A stretch of 61,601 nucleotides of DNA, counting the filler, from Chiloscyllium plagiosum (lineage: Eukaryota), in the NCBI RefSeq assembly GCF_004010195.1. It is 3 parts of one record of this genome, joined end to end, with 100 filler letters (N's around TTAATTAATTAA, not from the genome) between each part and the next. Parts side by side here need not be neighbours in the genome. Positions count along the whole stretch, not along the records: positions 34,796 to 61,601 come from NC_057717.1; 2 more parts are not named here. One strand, given 5' to 3'. The notes beneath the pieces were generated by a model. The model was not told the DNA's origin. It saw only the letters and a list, made by a program, of their open reading frames with translations, and ran no database searches. Of this stretch, positions 38,470 through 52,234 are shown piece after piece (position 1 is the stretch's first letter; each line of letters begins with the position of its first letter). Both the position numbers and the translations under genes were made by a program.

Positions 38470-39127
38470 ACCACCTAACCATACATCAAAAAAGTTTCAG
38501 AAATGACAGCCAGACTACTAAGACCCCTCGGATTCCTAGTAGCACACAAACCCACCAACACTCTCAAACAAAATCTAGCAAACTTAAATGACCCATTACT
38601 ACCCATGGACAAAACCAATATCATCAACAAAATTCAATGCAAGGACTGCCACAAACTCTGCGATGGACAAACAGGAAGAACGTTAGCCACCAGGATACAC
38701 GAACACCAGCTAGCCACAAAAAGACACGACCCTCTCTCCCTCGTAGCCCTACACACGGATGAACAAAAACACCACTTCGACTGGGAAAACACATCTATCC
38801 TGGGGCAGGCTAAGCAAAGACATGCCAGAGAATTCCTAGAGGCCTGGCACTCCAACCACAACGCTATAAACAAGCACATAGATCTAGATGCCTTGTATCA
38901 ACCCGTCAGAAAACGAACAGAAATGACATCACCACAAACCCCAGGAACCCTATCCAGGAGAAAGATATAAATAGAAAGCAGGAGACAACAGTTTCGCTTC
39001 ACTTGTAGGTCGCCACTGATGATGTTACCTAGCCAGGTAATGAAACGTCTGGATATCAAACCTGCAGCTCAGCGAGCAAACCTACACCATAAACCTCAAC
39101 CTGAGCTACAAACTTTCACAAACCTTT
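38470..39127 (+). mobile_element. Penelope-like element 3' part (GIY-YIG endonuclease)
   Basis: ORF 38503-38970: NIINKIQCKDCHKLCDGQTGRTLATRIHEHQLATKRHD...HFDWENTSILGQ...AREFLEAWHS. Confidence 0.9.
39013..39052 (+). ncRNA. Minimal type I hammerhead ribozyme motif
   Basis: cca-CTGATGA-t-gttacct/agcc/aggtaat-GAAACGTC-tgg; stems I and II pair. Confidence 0.72.
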
Positions 39128-39734
39128 CATAACCATAAAATAAGTGCATGTTTTTGATTGGTCTGTGGCAAGCATGCTGACTGTTGCAAGAAATTATAAA
39201 TCAGATGAAATATATAGTAAGGAGAGTCCGTCCCCATGGGAAATGCCTTCTGAACACATGCTCGAGGAAACCCGGAGTAAAAAGTGTCTGAGAACCACCT
39301 GCTCAGTAACAGGAACCTGGTGGTTGAATGACTAAACGTTCCTGTAACATGGAGCTGAGAAAACCATCTGATCACCCCCGAACGTATTGAATGTTGGAGA
39401 ATATTTGAAGTACTGAATCCTAATGATGGATTTTAATTGTGTGTGATTTGAAAAACGTACATCTCTACTCTATCCTCTTATATGTTACACATTGGGGCAC
39501 AGCCGTTATCCTGAATTGGGAATAAGTTGGAACATTATTTGGAACATTCCATAATTGACATTCTCCAGAATATTCTATAACTATGTGGGGGGGATTAGAA
39601 AGGCAAGAGAGAAAGAGAGGGAAGTGGTTGTATGTAGTAGTGAGAGTGGTGGAGCATGAGCCTTGTTCGGGGGTCGTTGCTATAACAGACATACAGTGAA
39701 TGTGAGGGAGCAGAGAAAATATGGTGACCCTTAT

Positions 39735-39958
39735 CCTGACAGAGTGGGGAAGGTTATTGATGCTTGTCCTGTTTTGCTGGACATTTCTTCAGACCGCAAA
39801 TACTGCGCTGAGGTCGGTGGCGAGCGCAGACCAGGCTCGGTGGGTCTGGTAGTGTGATCCCTCTGGGAAGAGAAAGGTACCCTTTTGTACTAGCCCATCC
39901 AACAGGAACTCCATGCTGCTGTCGACAAACCATGGACTAATTTCCCCTTAGCTGCCAT
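39735..39958 (-). pseudogene. Myb/SANT-like DNA-binding exon of a PIF/Harbinger transposon
   Basis: MAAKGKLV/PWFVDSSMEFLLDGLVQKGTFLFP...AWSALATDLSAVFAV*RNVQQNRTSINNL; one frameshift and one stop. Confidence 0.65.
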
Positions 39959-40524
39959 GCTCGGGGTAAACTGTGCAGGGCAGCTCCAAACTGAGAAAGC
40001 GCAACCGTGTGCCCATTGGCCTTTTACAGATTGCCCCAGGTTGAGGAATCACGGAATATCCAGGGGCATCCGGGCGATGGTGAGTACTTCCAGTCATGAT
40101 GGGTGGGAAAATCGGGCTGGCAATGTATGAGAGGGACACTATGGAGTGGGGTGGGTAGTTAATGAGATGTGTTTGGTAAGATAGCACCAGGAAACTAGCT
40201 CGGCCTCGTGCAGACAACCCCCCTGTCACACTTAATGAAAATGTCACTGAGACAATTTTTTGTTAGATTCAGCCCAGTGAGGCGAAGACTCTGCTGTCCT
40301 CACCCCCAGTTACAAAGCTGCAGAACAAATGTTCATCCAAATCTCTCCATCGCCTGAACTCACAGCAATATTCCTTTCACTAATTCTTCATCATACTGAC
40401 CCGTGTTGCATGATACTATCGAAATGTCTTCATTTCAGCTTCCTGAAACCTGTGAACTTATCCTTCAATGACATTTTTTCTCAGTCTCCCCCACTCTGCC
40501 TCCACTCCAAAACACACTCATTGA

Positions 40525-42800
40525 CAGTCATACTGCACGAGACTGCCAGTATGGCTGGCCATTTGGCCCAGCTGGTCCATGCCGATTAAAATGTCCATCC
40601 GCACTCACCCCATTTCCCTGCCCTTGCTCTGTATCCCTCTAATCCTTACCTATCTGTGTATTTGTCCAAATGCCTTTTCAATGTTGTTCTTGTACCTACC
40701 TCAATCACTTCCCTTGTCAGCTCAGTCCATATGCATACCACGCTCTGTGTAAAAACGTTGCCCCTCAGGTTCCTTTTTACATATTTTTTTCCTTGCCAAA
40801 CATTATTGGATGTCCTCTAGTCCTCGATTCCCCTACCTGAGGAAAAAAATTGAAGTATTCACCCCATGCACGCCTCTCATGATTTTATAAGAGTTACACT
40901 TCTATAAGAACCCCCTCAGTTTCCTACGCCGCAAAGAAATAAGTTATAACCTGTCCAACCTCTGCCTATAACTTAGAGCCTTCAGCCCAGGAAACATCTT
41001 TGTAAATTTCTTCTACACTCTTTCTAGTTCAATAATATCCTTTCTAGATCAAGGTGAACAAAACTGAGCACAATATTTCAACTGCGGCCTTACCAACATG
41101 CTGTACAACTGCAAGATAACGTCGCAACGTCTATACTCAATGTGCTGATGAAGGCCAATGTGCCAACAGCCTTCTTCACTGTCCTGTGTATCTGTGACTC
41201 AAATTTCAGATAACCGTGCACCTGATCTCAAAAGTCCTTTTGTTCCACTACACGCCTTAAGACCCTCTCATTCATCATTAAACTTCTACCTGGATTTGAC
41301 TTTTCAAATTGCAAAACATCACACTTATCTATATTAAACTCCATTTGCTATTTCTCAGCCCACTTCCTCAGCTGACCAAGGCACTGCTGCAATTTCTGTT
41401 AATGTTCCTCATTTAAATTATGCCTCCTAATTTCATGTCATCTGCAAACTTACTAACGTTGCATTGTGCACTCTGGTCCAAATCATTGATATAGATAACA
41501 AACAGCAATGGGCCCAAGACCGACCACTGAGGCACTCCACTAGTCACACGCCTCCAGTCCGACAAGCATACATCCACCATAGCCATTTGCTTTATAACGT
41601 CAAGCCAATTGTGTCGCCAATTTGCCAGTTTACATTGGAGCCCATGCGATCTAACTTTCTAGAGAGGCCTACCATGTGGAACCTTATCAAAGGCCTTACT
41701 GAAATCCATATAGACTATGTCCACCACCCTGCTCTTGTCAACCTTCCTGGTCACTTCCTCAAAAACTCTAAAAAAATTTGTAATGCATGATCTGCCACGC
41801 ACAAAGCTATGCTGACTGCTCCAAGTCAAACTCTATTTTTTCCAAATGCATGCATATTTTATATCTCCGAACCTTCTCAAGCGGTTTACCTAAACCAGAT
41901 ATGACGCCTACTAGTCTATCTTTCCCAAGCTTTTCTTTGCAGCCCTTCTTGAATAAGGGCACGTTTGTTACCGCCCAGTCTTCCGGGACCTTGGCCACTG
42001 AACTGTCTTCTCTCGCCTCTTGCAGTGTTATTGGATACATCTGGTCAGGACCAAGAGATGTATCTGACTTTATGTATTCTAATATGCCCATCAGCACCTC
42101 TACTGTGATATTGACTGTACCAAGATATGACAACTAACCTCCCAAAGGTCACAGGTCTTCATGTCTTTCTTTATGGTAAACACAGAGGGGGAATTGAGGA
42201 CCTCACCCATCTCTTGAGGTTTTACACATGCGTGCCTATTTTGGATTTTAAGACGTCCTATTATCTCTCTGGTTGTTCGTTTTCTTTACGAGAGTGAATT
42301 TGGATTCACCCTAATCTGCTCAGCCAGGGCTATCTCATACCCCACTTTAGCCCTACTGATTTCCTTCTTCAGTAAACTCCTGTATCCCCTGTGTACCTCC
42401 AGAGATTCCCTTGTTCCCAGCGGCCTGTACCTGAGCCACGCCTCCTTTTTTTCTAGTCAGAGCCTGAATATCTCTTGTCATCCACGGTTCTCTCTTCCAG
42501 CCTCACTTTCCCTTCACCCTCACAGGAACATATAAATCTTGACCCCGAGCTATCTCACTTTTGAAGCCCTCCCACTTGCCCGGGATCCTTTTACTTCGAA
42601 ACAAACTATTCCAATCAACTCCTGCAATCCCCTGTCTAATTCCAATAAAATGCGCCTTGCCCCAATTTAGAACTTGAATCTGTGGACCAATTTTGTCCCT
42701 ACCGTAACTACTTTAAAATTAATACAGCTCCAATCACTTCGTGAGTAGGACCCTCTACATGCTGCTTGTGGAAGCTTTCCTGAATACACGTAACATCCTG
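40525..42800 (-). mobile_element. Decayed CR1 LINE ORF2
   Basis: Minus-strand GPDQMYP, VPEDWAVTNVPLFKKG, YMDFSKAFDKVPHG, KFADD, CR1 3' end. Confidence 0.88.
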
Positions 42801-43139
42801 TTAGACCCATCCTTCTGGATGAGTCATGGTGAGTGTTGTTGCAGCATCTGAGTCTGCAACATGACCAACAAATGGAGCAGAGGCTGCAGAGAGGGGAGTC
42901 TCCGTATAATGGAATGAGGGAATCACAATCATATCAGCCGTGGTCTTAGTGAATGTTGGGGCAGGATTGAATGGACCACTAATGCAACTAACTCATATAT
43001 TTCTGTTTGTTCCAAGCAAACTCCCCTTCTCTCCCAGTGTCCCTTACTGGCGGAGAGGGAGTCGCCTCCTGCTGTTCTTGCATAACAGGATGCTGGGGCC
43101 TCACTAACCTCCAGATTTCCCTCTGCCCCAGTTTTCAGG

Positions 43140-43362
43140 TCTGAGTGACTCGCTCCTGTCCCTGTGTCCCAATCTCAAGCAGTTGAATGACTGCCTCCTG
43201 TCCCTGTGTCACAGACTTAAGCAATTGAGTAACTGCTTCCTATTCCTGTCTCGAGCTCTGAGTGATTCCCTCCTTTCCCTGTGCCCCAGTCTCAAGCAGT
43301 TGAATGACTGCGTCCTGTTCCTGTGTCCCAATCTTGGGCAGCTGAGTGACTGCCTCCTGATC
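43140..43362 (-). repeat. 42-bp tandem array (~5.5 units), same family as 49540-50260 in opposite orientation
   Basis: Units tga(g/a)tgactgcctcctgtccctgtgtcccaatctcaagcagt starting at 43142, 43184, 43226, 43259, 43301 and 43343. Confidence 0.85.
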
Positions 43363-43639
43363 CTTTTTGAAAGTAGATGTCCTCCTCCTGCTACTGACCA
43401 ACAGGCACCAATAGCTCTGTGCTCACCTGCTGCTCCTGTGGAATGGAGTTGAGGGCCTGAATGGCCTCTTCACATTCCTTACCACTTCTCTTGACTAAAA
43501 GCCTTTCCCCTGTTTTTGTAAAACACCATTAAAATCTGAATGATGTATTTTTGTATTTTACTCTAGCAATTGAGCAAACAAGCTGACTGACAGAATTCAG
43601 AAGCTGCTTAGCCTCCTCCTGTTCCTGTGTTATACACTC

Positions 43640-44081
43640 AAGAGACAATAGAGTCTCAGACCTGTACAGCACGGAAAAATACCTTTCAGTCTGATCATCC
43701 ATACCGACCAATTATCCTAAATAAATCTCGTCCCCTTTGCTAACACTTGGCCCATCTTCCGCCAAACACTTCCCATGCATGTATCCATCCAAATGCTTTT
43801 TAAATGGTGTAACTGTACCTGCCTCCACCACCTCTTTTGGCTGTTCAATCCATACACACAGCAGTCTCTGTGTGAAAATGTTGTCCCTCATGTCCCCTTT
43901 TAAATCTTTCCCCTCTCACCTTAAACCTTTGTCTTCTAATTTTGGACTCGTATATCCTGGGAAAATACATTGACTGTTTACCTTATCTATGCCACTCATG
44001 ATTTTATAAACCACTTTAAGGTCTCCCCTCAGCCTCAAAACTTGAAAATAGTCCCAGCCGATTCAAACTCTCCCTGTAACG
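43640..44081 (-). mobile_element. CR1 3' end
   Basis: Reverse complement closely matches 60975-61270. Confidence 0.8.
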
Positions 44082-44659
44082 NNNNNNNNNNNNNNNNNNN
44101 NNNNNNNNNNNNNNNNNNNNNNNNNNNNNNNNNNNNNNNNNNNNNNNNNNNNNNNNNNNNNNNNNNNNNNNNNNNNNNNNNNNNNNNNNNNNNNNNNNNN
44201 NNNNNNNNNNNNNNNNNNNNNNNNNNNNNNNNNNNNNNNNNNNNNNNNNNNNNNNNNNNNNNNNNNNNNNNNNNNNNNNNNNNNNNNNNNNNNNNNNNNN
44301 NNNNNNNNNNNNNNNNNNNNNNNNNNNNNNNNNNNNNNNNNNNNNNNNNNNNNNNNNNNNNNNNNNNNNNNNNNNNNNNNNNNNNNNNNNNNNNNNNNNN
44401 NNNNNNNNNNNNNNNNNNNNNNNNNNNNNNNNNNNNNNNNNNNNNNNNNNNNNNNNNNNNNNNNNNNNNNNNNNNNNNNNNNNNNNNNNNNNNNNNNNNN
44501 NNNNNNNNNNNNNNNNNNNNNNNNNNNNNNNNNNNNNNNNNNNNNNNNNNNNNNNNNNNNNNNNNNNNNNNNNNNNNNNNNTCAGAAACTCATTAATTCC
44601 CGCCTTAAACTGCTCAATAATTGGCCTGCCACACCATACACTCACAGGAGCATAGACTC

Positions 44660-46700
44660 TGCCAACAGAAGTACAGCACTATCTATATTAGTTCCCACTT
44701 TCCTACAGCAGGCCCATAGCCTGGAATGTTATGACACTTCCAAGTGCTCGTCCAAGTACTTTTTTAATGATTGCGATGTTACCTGTGATAATTTCCCTCT
44801 CCGGAAGTAATCTCAGAACACAACACCCTCGAGTGGAAAAAATGTTTCAATCCTCTCTGAAACTCCAACGTTTCACTTTACAAGTGTGCTCGCTTATTCT
44901 TGACTTTCTGACTAAAAGGAACAGCGGCTGTCTATCCACCTTGTTCGTGTCGCTCATCATCTTATCCGTCAGAATCATGGACGCCTCAGCTTTCTCTGAT
45001 CCAAAGTAAACAACCCGAGCTTATCCAGCCTCTCTCCATAGCTGATATGCTCCATCCTAGGGGACATCCTGGTGAATCACCTCTGTACCCTCTCCAGTAC
45101 AATCACATCCTTCCTTCAATGTGGCTCCCAGAACTACATACAATACTCCATTTTGGCTGAATCAAAGCCCTGTATTGCTCTTATAATCTAGGCACTGATT
45201 AGGAAACACAACACCCAAGGTCCAATTCTTAACTCGTCCATTAACCTGTCCAGTCACATTCAGGCATGTGTGGAGAAGCACACTCTGAGGTTCCCAGTGT
45301 GCTGCCTTTCAATGAGTCCTCCCCTGCCTGGTTCCTTCTCCCAAAGTGCATCACCTCATATTTGTCAGGGTTACATTTCATCTGCCATTGATCTGCCCAT
45401 ATGACCATTCCATCTGCATCTTCCTGTAACTTAAGGCCTTCCTCCTCACTGCTAACCACTCAGCCAATCTTTATGTCAAACATACATTTACTTATCACAC
45501 CTCCCCCACTCTCCACCTAGCCCCCTCCACATTCAGATCTATATTTTGTTATGAATAACACAAACAATAAGGGACACAGCACTGATCTCTGTGGTACACC
45601 AGGGGACACTGGTCTCCAGTCACACAAACAGCCTTCTCCCACCACCCTCTGCCTCCTGCCACTCAGACAATTTTCGTTGTAACTTGTCAAGTTATCCTTC
45701 ATATTGTGAGATTTTACTTTATTTTNNNNNNNNNNNNNNNNNNNNNNNNNNNNNNNNNNNNNNNNNNNNNNNNNNNNNNNNNNNNNNNNNNNNNNNNNNN
45801 NNNNNNNNNNNNNNNNNNNNNNNNNNNNNNNNNNNNNNNNNNNNNNNNNNNNNNNNNNNNNNNNNNNNNNNNNNNNNNNNNNNNNNNNNNNNNNNNNNNN
45901 NNNNNNNNNNNNNNNNNNNNNNNNNNNNNNNNNNNNNNNNNNNNNNNNNNNNNNNNNNNNNNNNNNNNNNNNNNNNNNNNCCTCTGTCTCCTGCTACTAA
46001 GACAATTTTCGTTGTAACTTGTCAAGTTATCCATCATATTGTGAGATTTTACTTTATTTTTCAGTTTCCCAGGTGGAAATTTGTCAAAGGCCTTCCTACA
46101 AAACTAATAATCGACCTCCTCAAACTAATTCAATCAAATCCATTGGATGTGACATCCTTCTGATAAAGTCATGATGATTATCCCTGATCAAACCTTGTGA
46201 CTCTGATTGGAGTTCGATTTTCTCCTTCCCTATTTTCTCCAGTAGTTTCCTTAACAGTGATCTAATACTCGCTCGTATATAGTTACCTGGTCTATCTCTC
46301 CCACCCTTACTGTGAAGTGGAATCGTATTAGCAGTTTTCCAGTTCTCTGGCACCTCCCCTATGGTCAGATTCTAATTAAAATATTCAGTCAGGGTCTTTC
46401 CTCCTTTGACCCCAACAGCCACCTTTAATACAACTCATTCAGACATGGAGATTGGTCCAAATTTGGACAGAACTAAGCCTCAAATCCCTGCTCGTATTTT
46501 ATATCAATCTGTTCACGAGCTTCCTAGTCCATCTTCTTGAATTCTCTACCTGCCGCCTCCTTCTCCCAAGTAATATAGATGTGAAGGTCTCATGTAACAA
46601 TCCATCAATGATCTCCAGCTTGACACACAGATTGCCCCTTTGGTTTCTAATGGACACTAACTGTTTGTTGATTATTCTCTTCTACTTGTCCGTGTAGAAT
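44660..46700 (-). mobile_element. Decayed CR1 ORF2 spanning a gap
   Basis: ENWKTANTIPLHSKGGRDRPGNY, GVPQRSVLCPLLF, WQMKCNPDKYEVMHFG. Confidence 0.8.
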
Positions 46701-49380
46701 ATCGTGGGATTCTCCCTTATCTCGCCCACTTGTACTCCTCCATGTCCTTCTGTTATTCAGTCCCCTTATGTTTCTAAGTTTCACTGCAATCACCTCTCAT
46801 GTTTTGAAACTCGAGATCATAGGCTGAGTTTCCACATAAGACAATCTTGCCATTTTAGGGATTAATCTGGATAATACCTTTTGCAGTTCCTCTGTAGTCA
46901 ATAATGTTCTTTCTTAAAATGAGACTCCAAACGGTACACAATATTCTAAGTGTAGTCTAATGAACACTCGATGCAACTGGTGCACGACATCCTCTATATT
47001 CCAATTACATCCACATGAATGTAAACCTGATTTTTACTTTTCCATTTGCATATGTTCTTCCTAATACCTCTCGCTTTAACTTTTCTTATGAACTTACTGT
47101 GTGAGTTTTTAAAAAGATCTCATGAATCTCCAACTATACGTTATACATTGGTTCTTAATTGCCTCTGTCCATAAGAATCATCTTGAAACCATTCCAAAAA
47201 TATGTTTGCCACTTCTGGTTTTCCTTTTATCGGTACATTCTCACACTCCCCAGTTATGTTATTACCTTCCAAATATCTAGTAGCATGTTCTTTGTAATGA
47301 AGTCCAACAGATACCCGACTGCGGATGACAAGATCACCATTCTCCAAATTCATCCTTTCTTAAACTGTTGGATAATATTTATAACCTTTACCTTGTCATG
47401 ATTGGCTAAATGACTTTCGGGAAAGTGTCGGAAAATAAAGTGAAAATCCGCAATGCAACCTACATGTCTATTGCTGCTTCCTCTGAAATTCTTGTATGAA
47501 GTACATCTAGTCTGTCAGGTTTATAAATACTCAATCCAGCTTTCTTTTCAAAGATGACCCCAACACTGATAAGAATGATCTTAGATTTTACGAACACAAG
47601 TCTCATGGTCACTTGGTATTTCTGGGAGAATTTCTGGACATTCTTCCATGAAGATAGACACAAAGAAACTTTTTCTTTTCCCTGCGATTTCTCTGTTCTC
47701 TGCGATAAATTATCCTGAACGCGCACCAACTGTTCCACATTTGACCTTGTTTTTTTCATACATTGATAGACGCTTCTTAGCAGTTTTTATGTTTTTCTTT
47801 TGTTTGCACGCTTTTTCTTGTTTTGATTTTCTTCTCAGTTTCTTGGTTATCCTTTGCTGGGTCCGACATTTCTCTGAATCCACTGGCTTACTGCAACACC
47901 TGGCATTTTTCTAAGCTGCCTCCTTTCATCTAATAGGTAGATGAAGGTGGGGTTGAAAGTGATAGTCGGAGAGGAGGGTGGACCAGATTGACAGGGAGGA
48001 ACATACATAGGAACATTCAAAAGGGCGGTGCTGACTTGGAAGTTTGGAGTAGGATAAGGTGGGATTAGGGGAAATGGGGAAATGGGGAAATCTACTATGA
48101 TCCCCTGTGGTTGGAGTGTCCCAAGACAGAAGAGGAGGCTTTATTCCTCCAGGCTTCTGGTGGCTCGGGTTTGGCGATGGATCAGGCCCAGGGTCGTCAT
48201 GTCCTTGGCAGAGTGGGAAGGGGAATTAAAGTGTTCAGCCACGAGGCGATGGTGTCGTTCAATGTGGCTGTCCCAGAGATGTTCCCTGAAATGATCTACA
48301 AGTTGACCTCCTGCCTCGCCAATGTATAGAAGACCATATTGGGTTTATTGGATGCAGTAGATGTGACATTTTGTCTCCCTTCATCACCTATCACTTTCAA
48401 CCCCATCTTCATGTACCTATCGCATTCCCAGCTAGCTCCCCCCCTGCCGCACACTCTTCTCATTTATCTCTCAGCCCCCTTGGCCCATAATCTTCATTCC
48501 TGATGAAGGGTTTATGCCCAAAACAACGATTTATCTGCTCTCAGTATGCTGCCTGACTGTGCTTTTCCAGCACCACATTCTTCGACTCTGATCTCCAGCA
48601 TCTGTAGTGCCCACTTTCTCCTCACACCTTCATGGTTTGCATGACTTCGATTTCTAACTGTTACTTCAAATACAACAAAAACTGTCGTGTACTCAAACAG
48701 CATAAAAGAAAACCAATACATTGTGGTCACTGTTCCCAAAAGGTCCTTTCCAGCAAAAGTTTCAATTAGCTCTTCTGATCACTCAACACCAATTCCTAAA
48801 TAACCTGACCTCGAGCTCGGTGCTCGACATAATGTTCATGCAAACCACCTCACACGTGGTCATGAAATCCATTTTCCCAGCATTAACATTCAATTGGGTT
48901 AACACAGTTGAGATATACTTTAAACATATATTATTACTGCAGTACTCAAAAATGTGCATATCTCATTTCCTGTTTTATTCAATGTCCAGCATTTGTATTG
49001 CAGCTTTAACTTTGATATCTTACTCGCATCAATATTTTCTGCACCGTACTAGATTCTGTGGAATCTGAGCGATGTGGGCTCTGGAGAGATTAATGGTAGA
49101 GATCATTTCGCCACATCATTTATGATCTTCTCAAACTTCAATTTCTCCAGATCCCCCGTTATGCTGATGGAGTAGAGAAGGACAGTGATCTTCCAACAAT
49201 GCTCTGTATTCCCCCAGAGAGCTGAGACTGCTCTAACCTGGGTGGGAACCTTACAACAGGCTGGTAAAGTGTTGCTGCTGCTGTACAGGGTCTTAATGAG
49301 ATCACATCTGGAAGAGTGTGTACAGATTTAATCTCTTCAATGTAGAAAGGATGTTGTTATATTGGAAGCAGCTCAGAGAT
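46657..49380 (+). repeat. Direct segmental duplication, copy 2 (partner 34796-37540)
   Basis: Colinear similarity including the same inverted Penelope-like insertion (47930-48620). Confidence 0.93.
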
Positions 49381-49539
49381 GGTTCCCTCAACTGATTCCT
49401 GCAATAAAGGTGCTAGCTTATAACGAAAGGATGATCAGGTTGACCCAGTAGCCATTGGAGTTTACAAAAATGAAGGATGATCTTATTTGAAAATAGATGA
49501 CAGAAGGAGTCAACAAGTGAAGCGAATTACACAGATAGT

Positions 49540-50260
49540 GGAGGAATACATTCCGTTCTCCAGGCTGTTACACAGGAACAACAGAAGGATATTCAGGCCT
49601 TCGAACCTGTTACACCAAAACAAGACGAGGCTATTTAGCCCCTGGAGTCTGATATACATTTACAGAAGGAGGCCAATCAGCCACTCGACCCTGTAATAAT
49701 AGGCCAAGCTGCACCAGTATCCTGTTAAACAGCAACAGGATCAGTCCATTCAGCCTCCTCAAGTCTGTAACATAGGAACTGGAAGAGGTCACACAATGAT
49801 TGAAGATTGTTACACTGGGATAACAGGAGGCCATTCAGACCCACCGAGCCTATTGCAAGGGAATTGGATAAGGATAAAATTATCTGAGGCTTCTTTCATG
49901 AGGAAGGAAGAGGTAATTTAGACACGTGTCTGTTGTATGTGAACAAGAGAAGACCAATCAATCCCCCAGTCCCATCTCCGGGATACATTAGGAGACCATT
50001 CAATATTTCCATGGAGAAGTATGAGAAGGCCCATCCGCCCCTCAAACAGCAACAGGAAGATTCCATAATCACCCAATCCTCTAAAGCATCAACAGGAGGT
50101 GGTCATTCTGGCCTTGGAGGTGGCAACATGGGAACACCAGAAAGACGTCAGCCCATCGAGTTTGTATACCAGCAGGATGATGAGTCCATTCAGCCAAACA
50201 TGACTCTTACACCGCAACTGGAGTAGATCTCTTAAAGCCCTGTGCCCATTAAACAGGAAT
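49540..50260 (+). repeat. Degenerate 42-bp tandem array
   Basis: Units like cacaggaacaacagaaggatattcaggccttcgaacctgtta and caccaaaacaagacgaggctatttagcccctggagtctgata. Confidence 0.78.
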
Positions 50261-52234
50261 TCAATGAAAACGTAAAGGTTTTCGAAAGGGAAGAACTTAT
50301 AATAATGGTATACATTAGGGACTAAAGTGTAACAATAAACTATTGTAATTTAAGGCTAATTGTTAGAGTCCACTGTTCATGACATTTGCAAAGTTAAAAC
50401 ACAATCCGTCAGAGTCGACATGGTTTAACAAAGGACAATCAAGTTTGAAGTGTTTGCTTGAGTTATTTGAAAATGTCACAAACAAGGTGGATCGTGGCAG
50501 ATGGAACATATCTGGTCTTCCTGAAGGCATCGGATATGTTGCTTCTCCAAAGAGTAAGTGGTAAGGTCAGAAAACATGGGTTTAGGAGTAATTTATTCGC
50601 TTGGATGGAGGATTGGTTATCCAACAAAATGGAATCAGATGGAATAAATGTGTCATTTTATTTTGGCAAATGCAATTTGTGGGGTGCCATTGATTTCAGT
50701 ACTCATGCCTTAACCATTTGCGATCGATGGTATTACTCTACTCGGTTGACGGGAGACAAACTACAATGCCACATTTTCAATTGACTCTCACATCGGTGGG
50801 AAATTACTTCGGAATTATGATGCAAGAGATTTTAAAACTATTTGGATAGGTTGGGTGAATGGGCCAACATTTAGCAAGGAAAAATAAAGTGAATAAATAT
50901 GGGGCTATTCAAGTTGGCCAGTATAATATAAAGACAAATTATTATCTAAATGGAGAGAAAGTTCAAAGTGCTTATGTGCAGAGGGATCTGGGTGTCTGCC
51001 AGAAAACCTGCCTGCAGGTCCTGCAAGTAATGAGAAATTCAAGCATAATTTCAGTGTTTATTTATAAAAGGATAGAGTAGAAAGGTAGGGAGTGTTGGTG
51101 TAGCTATGCAAGGCATTAGTGAGGCTGCAACTCGAGTACAGTTTGGGTGTCCTGTAGAATGAGGTATTTCCATTGGAGGCAATTCAGAAGCGCTTCATTA
51201 GATTGATTCCATATTTGAAGTGTTTGTCTTATGAAGAGAAATTGAGCAGTTTAGGCCTATACTCTCGAGTTTATAAGAATGAAAGGAGATCTCATTGAGG
51301 TCTGTAAAATGCTAAAAGTAATTGAATGTATAGATGTCGAGTGGATTTTTTTCAAGTGGCGCAATCTACAACAAGGGACGAGAGTTTTAGGATGGAGAGA
51401 TGGCAGGAAAGTGGAACAGAGGCCGTGTTGACATCAGCCTCATCGAGGGGTTGGATTCCTCACAGATGCTCCTTGTTCTTATTCAACTCTTCGACTATGT
51501 TGCCCAGGAATGGGGGAGGCCTGGGTATCATACAGGAAGCAGGCACTCAGGATAAATCAGTCTCAATCAGTTAGACAGAACGTAACCAGTGGAGTCACAC
51601 AGTGACAAGCGCTGGGTTCTCAACTATTTACAATCTATATTAATGATCAGGAGGACGGAACAGATATACAGATACTGTTTGGTGATGTCGCTGTGGTAAG
51701 CAAGAGATTAAATTATCAAGAGAGGGTGGAGAGTCTGCAAATAGATTCAGAGAGGTAAAGGTAACAGATAATAGTATAGTTTCATTCACAGGAGTAATGG
51801 AAAGCAATATGTTGCTAAAATAGAGAGGGATTATAGGACTTAATGATACTGTGTATTGGGGGGTTCACTCAGATCCGTTCAGACATGGGAGGTTTTGCTC
51901 CATACCTGATCGTTTGCTCCCAGACACTCAAAGTGACCCTATTGCTCTCAGTACACATAGAATAATTTGATGTGGTTGATTGGTGGTGGGGATGATATTT
52001 TTAAACGTGTGTCAAGGGGACAGCCTTTATCCAAGATATATTCATTTCTTTCTACGTGGAGACCCGATGACGATGGGAATGGCTGACTGCTTCTGAATGA
52101 AGAGGTCGTGACTGCCACCAGGGCAGTGAGTATTTACCAATATGATGTACTGTGATGGGCACACTGTAACATTAATAGAGAGAGAGAGAGAGCTCCTTGA
52201 GTTCCTCTACCTCTCCCCATTGACATGGATACTT

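Noticed and set aside
49540..50260. Repeat-spacer-like pattern resembling a CRISPR array
   Set aside because: Units are degenerate along their whole length with no unique spacers; the context is eukaryotic with no cas genes.
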